This document shows positions 7,423 through 14,332 of a DNA stretch of 14,728 bases, one piece after another. A program made the position numbers and the translations under genes. Under the pieces are notes generated by a model. It made no database searches. It saw only the letters and a list, made by a program, of their open reading frames with translations, and was not told the DNA's origin. Position 1 is the first letter of the stretch. Every line of letters begins with the position of its first letter. Source of the DNA: a bacterium (GTDB lineage Bacteria; Zhuqueibacterota; Zhuqueibacteria; Oceanimicrobiales; Oceanimicrobiaceae). The stretch lies in assembly GCA_046757165.1 (NCBI GenBank), contig JBHHXT010000112.1, positions 1-14,728 on the forward strand. The letters run 5' to 3'.

Positions 7423-9135
7423 GTGCGAACCATGTTCAAACTAATCCAACTTTTCACCTTTATCGGCTTTGCACTCGCTGCCAACGTTGTGGTGGCGCAG
7501 AGTGGTGCAGAAAAGATCTCTGATGTCTCTGCAGATGAGACTGTCGTTCAGGGTAAATTGATTTATGAAGAGAAGTGCGTGCAGTGTCATGGCGCCGACG
7601 GCATGGGCGATGGGCCGGCTGCGGAACGACTCAATCCACGGCCGAGAGATTTTACGCGCGCCAAGTATAAGATTCGCTCTACCGACTCGCGGGAGCTGCC
7701 CACGGATGAGGATCTGTTCAACGTCATCACCAATGGCATGCCCGGTACTTCGATGCCTGCCTGGGACGACCTGAGTGCAGATGATCGCAGGAACGTGGTG
7801 GCCTATATCAAGACTTTCTCGAAGCGATTCGACCAGGCCGGCGCGCCGCCGAAAAAACTGAACCTGGGCGACAAGGTTTCTTCTTCGGACGAGAGTGTGG
7901 CTCAGGGCCGGCAGGTTTACGAAGAGATCGAGTGTTCAAAGTGCCACGGTCAGGAAGGACGCGGAGATGGTCCGTCAGCGTTGAGTCTCGTCGATGAGTG
8001 GGAGTACCCGATTCGACCCGCTGACTTGACAGAAAGCTGGACCTTTCGTGGCGGCAGCTCGGCCGAAGACATCTACAAGCGCTTTATTGCCGGGCTTGAC
8101 GGCACACCGATGCCTTCGATTATCGGCAGTTTCGTCATGGACGAGGACATTGAAGAGATTCAGATAAAAATCGAGGATGAAGAGGAGTTGACGGACGAGG
8201 AGCGCGAGAAATTCGAAAAGGCGATGGCAGAGGTTCGTGTCAAGAGCTGGCACCTGGCGAATTATGTGCGCTCCCTGGCTCCTGAAGATGCGCCTGAAGT
8301 CGAAGTCGTGCTCGAGTCGAAGCTGGTTGAGGGAGAGCTGCCGCAGGAGATCGATGACCCGCGCTGGCATGAATTAGAAAGAAATTTCTATCCTCTGGTC
8401 GGCCAGGTCATCCTGGAGCCGCGGAACTTTACGCCTTCTGTCGATGCGGTGTTTGTCAAATCCATGTACAACGAGGAGGAGATCGCCTTTTTGTTGACCT
8501 GGGATGATCCATCTGTGAGCGTCGCATCCAGGCCGGAAGATACCTCGGCCTCCGAGACAGTGGAGGAGGCTGCGATGTCAGCCATATCGGAGCAGGAAAC
8601 GCCGACCATCTACGATGACGCCATCGCCATGCAGTTTCCGGTAAAGCTTTCGGATAAGCCGGACCGCCCGTACTTTCTTATGGGCGACTCCCGAAAGGGT
8701 GTCTATCTCTGGCGCTGGCAGGCGTCTGATTCTTTCGATACAGAAGGCCAACCAAACGCGATTTCACATGTGACAGAAGAGAACGCGAAAGGGATGACTG
8801 AGGTTTCGGAACAACCGGGCGAAAGCCAGACCGTTGATGCCAAAGTCGTGTACAGCAACGGCCGCTACCAGCTTTTGGCCAGGCGGAAAAGGAACACTGA
8901 TGACAAGAATGATTTGCAGTTCGAAGCGGGCAGATTCATCCCCATCGCTTTTTTCGCCTGGGATGGCTCCAGTAACGAGAGCGGAAGTCGATGCTCGGTT
9001 TCCACATGGTATTATTTGCTGCTCGAGGAGCCCGCATCCCAAAAGAGGTTTCTCTATGCGCCGATTGCGGCGGTCCTGGCAATTGCGTTCCAGGTCCTCT
9101 TGATGAAGAATGTTCGCAAGCGCGCAAAAGCATAA
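7423..9135 (+). CDS. Diheme cytochrome c fused to an ethylbenzene-dehydrogenase-gamma (EbdC/NxrC-like) heme b domain, with C-terminal membrane anchor
   Basis: Signal peptide; the start is GTG7423 or ATG7432. CVQCH and CSKCH. EB_dh-type motifs LLTWDDP, DAIAMQFP, PYFLMGD, LWRWQA, IPIAFFAWDG...STW. C-terminal TM helix followed by a basic tail. Confidence 0.88.
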   Translation: MRTMFKLIQLFTFIGFALAANVVVAQSGAEKISDVSADETVVQGKLIYEEKCVQCHGADGMGDGPAAERLNPRPRDFTRAKYKIRSTDSRELPTDEDLFNVITNGMPGTSMPAWDDLSADDRRNVVAYIKTFSKRFDQAGAPPKKLNLGDKVSSSDESVAQGRQVYEEIECSKCHGQEGRGDGPSALSLVDEWEYPIRPADLTESWTFRGGSSAEDIYKRFIAGLDGTPMPSIIGSFVMDEDIEEIQIKIEDEEELTDEEREKFEKAMAEVRVKSWHLANYVRSLAPEDAPEVEVVLESKLVEGELPQEIDDPRWHELERNFYPLVGQVILEPRNFTPSVDAVFVKSMYNEEEIAFLLTWDDPSVSVASRPEDTSASETVEEAAMSAISEQETPTIYDDAIAMQFPVKLSDKPDRPYFLMGDSRKGVYLWRWQASDSFDTEGQPNAISHVTEENAKGMTEVSEQPGESQTVDAKVVYSNGRYQLLARRKRNTDDKNDLQFEAGRFIPIAFFAWDGSSNESGSRCSVSTWYYLLLEEPASQKRFLYAPIAAVLAIAFQVLLMKNVRKRAKA

Positions 9136-9214
9136 CATAATCGAACCTTGCCCTTGTGGTGGTCATGAGAGCAAGATCCTAAACACTTTAAACTAATAGT
9201 AGGAGGACGTAGAG

Positions 9215-9943
9215 ATGAAGTTAACAACCTGTCTACTTGTTGGCGTTTGGATGAGTTGGGCTTTTACCGGACCGACCAGGGCCACCGAGCCTACCGATGC
9301 CGGTTCCATCAGTGGCACCGTAACGTTTCAGGGTAAGGTACCGGAGCCCCAGAAGCTAAAGGTTGACAAGGATCTAGAAATCTGTGGCCAGCATGAAAAA
9401 TACTCAGAAGAGCTGCTGGTCTCGGAGACAGGCGGCCTCGAGAATGTCGTCATACAACTTGTCGGCGCAAAAGGGGTAGTAACCATACCAAAAGGTAAGG
9501 ACAGACCCTCGATTACACAAAAGGAATGCCAGTTCAGTCCGCACGTTCAGGTGGTCCCTGCCGGGACGAGAATGAGTATTTTCAATGAAGACGGCATTGC
9601 CCACAACATCCATACACTTGGTGTGGAGAATCCTTCCTTCAATCAACAGCAGCCCGGCATCAAGAAAAGGATGGTGACCAAAAAGAATGATTTCGCCGTC
9701 CCGGAGATGATCCCGATAAAGTGTGATATTCATCAGTGGATGAAGGCCTGGATTGTAGTGGCAGATCACCCGTTTCATGCGGTTAGCGATGACGGTGGCG
9801 CCTTCAAAATTTCCGGCGTGCCGGCAGGAACCTACACGGTCGAATTCTGGCATGAAACGCTCGGGAAACAGACTCAGGAAGTAACGGTCAAGCCCGGCGC
9901 TGATGTTGAGGTTCAAGCGGTGTTCAAAGCCAAGAAGTCCTGA
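9215..9943 (+). CDS. Exported cupredoxin-like protein with carboxypeptidase-regulatory-like beta-sandwich
   Basis: AGGAGG RBS and signal peptide. GSISGTVTF, QKECQFSPHV, HNIH, KCDIHQWM (His...Cys-x2-His-x2-Met type-1 Cu pattern), GAFKISGVPAGTYTVEFWHE. Confidence 0.8.
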   Translation: MKLTTCLLVGVWMSWAFTGPTRATEPTDAGSISGTVTFQGKVPEPQKLKVDKDLEICGQHEKYSEELLVSETGGLENVVIQLVGAKGVVTIPKGKDRPSITQKECQFSPHVQVVPAGTRMSIFNEDGIAHNIHTLGVENPSFNQQQPGIKKRMVTKKNDFAVPEMIPIKCDIHQWMKAWIVVADHPFHAVSDDGGAFKISGVPAGTYTVEFWHETLGKQTQEVTVKPGADVEVQAVFKAKKS

Positions 9944-9950
9944 CGCGGTC

Positions 9951-10029
9951 AACCGCGAATGAACGCTGATGCCCGAGAATGAAAAAATAGGGAAACACAA
10001 TCAGCGTGCATTCGCGTGAATTAGCGGTT
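9951..10029. repeat. Inverted array of 10-bp tandem units
   Basis: AACCGCGAAT GAACGCTGAT GCCCGAGAAT (9951-9980) faces ATCAGCGTGC ATTCGCGTGA ATTAGCGGTT (10000-10029). Confidence 0.8.
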
Positions 10030-10060
10030 TCGAGGGGACGGAGGTCAAGGAGAAACAGGC

Positions 10061-10162
10061 GTAGAGGCTGAGGCGCAGAGAACCTGCATGTTGTATTAAG
10101 ATGACTATCCGAGCAGCATGATTCCAGGGGCAACTGGTGCGGGTTCAGGTCTCAGCCTCTGC
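10061..10162. repeat. Long inverted repeat / REP-like hairpin
   Basis: GTAGAGGCTGAGGC (10061-10074) pairs with GTCTCAGCCTCTGC (10149-10162). GAACCTGCA (10080-10088) pairs with TGCGGGTTC (10138-10146). The only deviations in these stems are G:U-type. Confidence 0.8.
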
Positions 10163-10186
10163 CCGATTAAGTGTCGGAGGACGTTT

Positions 10187-10888
10187 ATGAAAGTTGACAA
10201 GAATGATGTGTCCATCGAAGTGGCATCGCCAAACGGCAATGGCGTGTGCACGTATCCTGTGCACGATTTTACGCCGGAATTTTTGCGATGGCAACTCGAA
10301 GACCGCAGGGCCATTTTTCAGGATATTGCGGCAAAAGACATCGTGCCGAGCTTCGCCTCACATCTGCCGGTTGTGACAACCGTAAACCCGAATGGGGCAC
10401 TGTTTCCGTTTCATACCTCGACAAAAGGAGTGGGCCTGCTGCCCAGGGACGAATATCTGCAACACTATTGTGACTACTTCAGGAGACTCATCGACCTCAG
10501 CAACGGCGCTGATCGGAAACAAAGTAAATGCCAGAGAGTGGAGGCAATACTGAAATTCTACAACAGCGATCACATTGCCACCAACAAGCTTGGACTTCTG
10601 GAGATTTTTCGCGGAAATTCTTTTCGCAACATTGAAGCCAATCCCCTCGTCAGCTTGCAGTTCACCAGCGCCGGTCCACACTATAAGAGTTTTCAAATCA
10701 ACGGCATCGCGGAAATCGTGGATGGTTCTGATTTGAATTTTCAGTTCATCTGGCTGGCGCGCAGGCTTTTCGAGTATGAAAGCTTCCATATCCAACATCC
10801 GGAATACACGACCGGCTATGTGGTGTGGGTGAGCGAGGTTTACGACAAAGCGCCCATCCGGGGCAAGGCGGGGAAACGGTTGCGGTGA
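10187..10888 (+). CDS. Cytoplasmic protein, possible pyridoxamine-5'-phosphate-oxidase-like split barrel
   Basis: GGAGGA at 10176-10181 precedes ATG10187; the extension from 10118 lies inside a hairpin. NSFRNIEANPLVSLQF...SFQINGIAEIV resembles the PNPOx-like 'NixxNPxvsl...qikGxAei' signature. No signal peptide. Confidence 0.62.
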   Translation: MKVDKNDVSIEVASPNGNGVCTYPVHDFTPEFLRWQLEDRRAIFQDIAAKDIVPSFASHLPVVTTVNPNGALFPFHTSTKGVGLLPRDEYLQHYCDYFRRLIDLSNGADRKQSKCQRVEAILKFYNSDHIATNKLGLLEIFRGNSFRNIEANPLVSLQFTSAGPHYKSFQINGIAEIVDGSDLNFQFIWLARRLFEYESFHIQHPEYTTGYVVWVSEVYDKAPIRGKAGKRLR

Positions 10889-10930
10889 CTCAAATCTGTC
10901 GGGTTGTTTCTATCCGTTGGAGTAAAGACC

Positions 10931-12535
10931 ATGTACAAAAAAATCTACGTTCCTCTTGACAATTCAGCGCATGCGAATTCGTGCATGGATTTTTCCATTG
11001 CGCTTGCAAAAGCCACGGGTGCAGCGCTGGTTGGCAGTCACGTGTATGCGGCAAAAATGCACGACATGCGTTTCAAGCAGATGGAGTTCACGCTGCCGGA
11101 GCAGTATCGTGCTGAAGCCGAGCTTGAAAAGCAGCGCCGCACGCACGACAGCCTGATCGCCGAGGGACTGCGGCTCATCAGCCATTCCTATCTCGACGTC
11201 ATGGAAAAACGCTGCGCGGAGCACGAGCTGCCATTCGAAAAGAAAACCTTCGACGGAAGAAATTATCAGGAGCTGGTCAAGGATATCCGAGCGAGCGACT
11301 ACGATCTCGTCGTCATGGGGGCGCATGGCCAGGGCGCGGTAAAAGGAAGCCTGCTCGGAAGCGTCACAGAGCGTGTGGTGCGTCGCATTCAGGTGGATAC
11401 ATTGATCGTTAAGGATGTGCAACCCTGGGAGACTCAGGTCAACGGCCATTCCTCGAATGGACCGATTGTGGTGGCATTGGACGGCAGTCCGCACGCCTTC
11501 CACGGCCTGAAAATCGGGATGCTGCTGGCCAGGAAATTCAACAAGCCGTTGCACGGCGTAGCTGTGTACGATCCTTATTTGCATTATGGCATTTTCCACA
11601 GCATCGCGGATGTTCTTTCGGACGAGGCGGCCAGGGTGTTCAAGTTCAAGGAGCAGGAGCAACTGCATGAAGAGGTGATCGACTCCGGGCTGGCGAGAAT
11701 CTACCAGTCGCACCTGGAGGTCGGCAAGCGGCTGGTCGAGGCGGAAGGTCTCGAGATGGAGGTCACGCTCTTGCCGGGCAAACCGTATGAGAAGATTCTG
11801 CACTACGTTGACAAGCAAAATGCGTGGCTGCTGATTTGCGGCCGCATCGGCATCCACAGCGAGCCAGACATGGACATCGGCAGCAATTCTGAAAACCTGC
11901 TGCGGCGGGTTCCCTGCCATATGCTGCTGGCCAGCGGCCAGCTCGTGCCCCCCATCGAGCTCAATGCCGACGCATCGATCGAGTGGACGAAGGAGGCGCT
12001 GAGTCGCATGGATAACGTTCCCGACTTTGTGCGCGGCGTGGCACGTCAGGCTATTTTGCGCTGGGCCGTGGAGCGGGGCCATTCTGTAATTACCTCTGGC
12101 GTTATCGATGAGGCCATGCGCGACGTGCTGCCCCCGTGCGCTGCGTCCGCGATGGGCGTGGAGCGGGCGGCTGCGAGAGCGCGGAATGCGGAGGAGGCCG
12201 TTTATGTTTGCAATACCTGCGGCCACACGGTGCCGCGAAAGCCACCGGTCAAGTGCAGAGTTTGTGAGGCCGCGGGAAAGAATTTCACAAAAGTGGATAA
12301 GGCAGCAATCGAATCGAAAGCTCAGCATGAGGGCGACCTCGAAGCGCAAACGACTTTTGATGGCGTGCGTTTATTCTGGACCGAGGAGGCGAAACAGGCG
12401 CTGCAGGCCGCACGTTCTGGCCCGGCAAGGCGTTGCGCCAGAGCGCGCATTGAAAAGCAGGCACGGGTGCAAAAGCTCTCGAAAATTACCCGGGAGCTGG
12501 TGCTGTCGGTCGTGAAAGAGGAGGCTGGCCACTGA
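10931..12535 (+). CDS. Tandem universal stress protein domains fused to PCP_red-like helical domains and a rubredoxin-like CxxC..CxxC domain
   Basis: GGAG precedes ATG10931 (MYKKIYVPLDNS). USP1: DLVVMGAHGQG...LGSVTERVVR. USP2: IVVALDGS...GRIG...IGSNSENLLR. WTKEALSRMDNVPDFVRGVAR; CNTCGH...KCRVC; WTEEAK...RIEKQAR...IT. Confidence 0.88.
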   Translation: MYKKIYVPLDNSAHANSCMDFSIALAKATGAALVGSHVYAAKMHDMRFKQMEFTLPEQYRAEAELEKQRRTHDSLIAEGLRLISHSYLDVMEKRCAEHELPFEKKTFDGRNYQELVKDIRASDYDLVVMGAHGQGAVKGSLLGSVTERVVRRIQVDTLIVKDVQPWETQVNGHSSNGPIVVALDGSPHAFHGLKIGMLLARKFNKPLHGVAVYDPYLHYGIFHSIADVLSDEAARVFKFKEQEQLHEEVIDSGLARIYQSHLEVGKRLVEAEGLEMEVTLLPGKPYEKILHYVDKQNAWLLICGRIGIHSEPDMDIGSNSENLLRRVPCHMLLASGQLVPPIELNADASIEWTKEALSRMDNVPDFVRGVARQAILRWAVERGHSVITSGVIDEAMRDVLPPCAASAMGVERAAARARNAEEAVYVCNTCGHTVPRKPPVKCRVCEAAGKNFTKVDKAAIESKAQHEGDLEAQTTFDGVRLFWTEEAKQALQAARSGPARRCARARIEKQARVQKLSKITRELVLSVVKEEAGH

Positions 12536-12710
12536 CGCAAAACCCGCTGAGATTGCAGAGTTCGTTTTTTTTGTCCTTCATTTCTCCGCGTGTGCTGCGG
12601 TCTCTGCGTGAGGCAATATGGTATCGAATGGATAGAACTTGGCCTGAATAATTCATTCACCGCAAAGGCGCGAAGAACGCGAAGAATTTCCGGTTTGTCC
12701 GGGTTTAGGA
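12535..12710. repeat. Inverted 9-bp unit array plus a partial second element ending in TTCCGGTTTGTCCGGGTT
   Basis: ACGCAAAAC CCGCTGAGA TTGCAGAG (12535-12560) faces TCTCCGCGT GTGCTGCGG TCTCTGCGT (12583-12609). CGCAAAGG CGCGAAGAA CGCGAAGAA (12661-12686). The 18-mer at 12688-12705 matches 6595-6612 at 17/18 positions. Confidence 0.75.
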
Positions 12711-12739
12711 GCCAAGCTTAGTCCAGGAGGGAGCGACCC

Positions 12740-13183
12740 ATGACCATTAGAGTTTTCGTTTTTGATGATGATGAATCCGTTAGAACGACCTTCGCGAGAA
12801 TGCTTTCGAGGTTGGGATACGAGGTGATAACCTTTTCTCGCGCTGCTCTTTGTGATAGCTGCAAATGCCTCGACGGGCAGGTGTGCGCCGATATCATCAT
12901 TTCTGATGTGGACATGCCAGGCGTGACCGGTCTGGAGTTCATTGCGGGTCAAAGAATGAACGGGTGCAAAGCCAGCAGCGTGGCGCTCATGTCCGGCAAG
13001 TGGACGGAATCTGGTTTGCAGCGAGCCAGAGAGCTTGGGTGTCATATTTTTCAAAAACCTTTGAACATACAAGAAATGAAGGAGTGGCTCGAGCACTGTC
13101 AGAGAAACATCCTGCCCGGCAGAACTCTGGCTCCCTGGTTTCAGCAAGATGCGGATCCACAAGGTCCGGGAGACGACGCCTGA
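12740..13183 (+). CDS. Single-domain response regulator (receiver) with Cys-rich insertion
   Basis: AGGAGG RBS. VFDDDE acidic pocket, IISDVDMPG phosphoacceptor Asp, LMSG, FQKP Lys. No output domain. Confidence 0.9.
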   Translation: MTIRVFVFDDDESVRTTFARMLSRLGYEVITFSRAALCDSCKCLDGQVCADIIISDVDMPGVTGLEFIAGQRMNGCKASSVALMSGKWTESGLQRARELGCHIFQKPLNIQEMKEWLEHCQRNILPGRTLAPWFQQDADPQGPGDDA

Positions 13184-13424
13184 CGAGGGGTTCAACTTGA
13201 CGCCCGGAAAGCGAACTCGAATCATGTTCATGGTAGTGTCAAAAGTCGTTTCCATGAAAAGATGGAGGTTCTTGCTGAAAAAATGCAGATTTGACCGCGT
13301 TGCGGTCTATTGGTTGAAAGGGGATGATGTGGGTGAGCTGCATAAGTATCTTAGATACAGCACTTAGACAGTACAATGCCGACAAACTTCTGACAATACG
13401 ATATTCATTGATAGGAGATCAGAA

Positions 13425-14309
13425 ATGAAAACCTACAAGGACCTGAAGGAGGACGGAGGGTCGAAGATCATCGAGCAAGTGCAGGCACAGGCAGAGCGCG
13501 TCGCTCACCGACTCGCCTCAGTCGGTCGCAAAGTTGCGGTGATGTCAGGCAAAGGGGGCGTGGGCAAGAGCTCGGTGACCGTCAATCTGGCCGCAGCATT
13601 GGCCTTGCAAAACGTTCGCGTTGGCATTCTGGACGCCGACCTCAACGGACCATCCATCGCCAGGATGACTGGCGTGCGCAGCCACGATGTCACGAGCGGC
13701 AAGGCGGTCATGTGCCCGGGGGAATCGAGCCTCGGCATCAAGGTCATGTCGATGGATTTTTTCCTGGCCCGTGACGACACCCCGGTGACGTGGGATTCGC
13801 CGTTGCCGCAGCAGGATGCTTTCACCTACCAGGGATTCATCGAGACCAGTACGCTGCGCGACCTGGTTTCCGAAACCGAGTGGGGCGAGCTCGACTTTCT
13901 GTTCTTTGATCTTCCCCCCGGCGCCGAGCGTCTCCCCAACATCGAGGGGGCCCTGTCGGGTTTGGACGGCACCATTGTGGTCACCATCCCGTCCGAAATT
14001 TCCCAACTTTCGGTCAAGAAATCAATCGCTGTAGTGCAGAAGTACCTGCGTACGCCCATCATCGGGTTGGTTGAGAATATGTGCGGCTACGTGTGTCCGG
14101 ATTGTGGCACGACCCAGCCCCTGTTTCCCCCGGGCAACGGCGAACAGTTGGCTGCCTCCTATGGCATCCCGTACCTCGGTGGCATCCCCTTTGATCCGAG
14201 ATGGGCAGAATGTGCGGACGCGGGGGTGTGTTATGTGCATCAATACGGAGATTCGCCAGCGGGCCAGGCAGTCAAGAATATCGCTAATAGATTAATCAAC
14301 GGTTTGTAA
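13425..14309 (+). CDS. mrp: Mrp/NBP35 (ApbC) family P-loop ATPase, Fe-S cluster carrier
   Basis: AGGAG RBS. MSGKGGVGKS, GILDADLNGPSI, WGELDFLFFDLPPG, GLVENM...CPDCG, LGGIPFDP. Confidence 0.93.
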   Translation: MKTYKDLKEDGGSKIIEQVQAQAERVAHRLASVGRKVAVMSGKGGVGKSSVTVNLAAALALQNVRVGILDADLNGPSIARMTGVRSHDVTSGKAVMCPGESSLGIKVMSMDFFLARDDTPVTWDSPLPQQDAFTYQGFIETSTLRDLVSETEWGELDFLFFDLPPGAERLPNIEGALSGLDGTIVVTIPSEISQLSVKKSIAVVQKYLRTPIIGLVENMCGYVCPDCGTTQPLFPPGNGEQLAASYGIPYLGGIPFDPRWAECADAGVCYVHQYGDSPAGQAVKNIANRLINGL

Positions 14310-14332
14310 CGGTTTGTAAGGAGGGGTGTCGC

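Noticed and set aside
7423..9135. Calling the cluster a nitrite oxidoreductase (nxr) operon
   Set aside because: No molybdopterin or Fe-S subunits are in the window; an NxrC-like domain alone does not establish nitrite oxidation.
9404..10000. 198-aa minus-strand ORF
   Set aside because: Overlaps the cupredoxin-like gene in antisense and starts within a repeat.
12209..12226. CNTCGH as a heme c site
   Set aside because: It is CxxCGH, not CxxCH, in a protein with no export signal, and it pairs with CRVC as a rubredoxin/Zn-type site.
10964..12349. 461-aa minus-strand ORF
   Set aside because: Antisense shadow of the USP fusion, with no motifs.
5012..12710. Intergenic repeats as CRISPR arrays
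   Set aside because: Units are 8-10 bp, contiguous and inverted, with no unique spacers and no cas genes.
12653..13255. 200-aa minus-strand ORF
   Set aside because: Antisense to the receiver gene, which has all canonical residues and an RBS.
13263..13276. Sigma-54 promoter (TGG...TTGC)
   Set aside because: The GG-to-GC spacing is 8 nt rather than the required 10.
13149..13367. 72-aa + strand ORF between the receiver gene and mrp
   Set aside because: Overlaps the receiver's end, has no clear RBS or motif, and the region looks regulatory.
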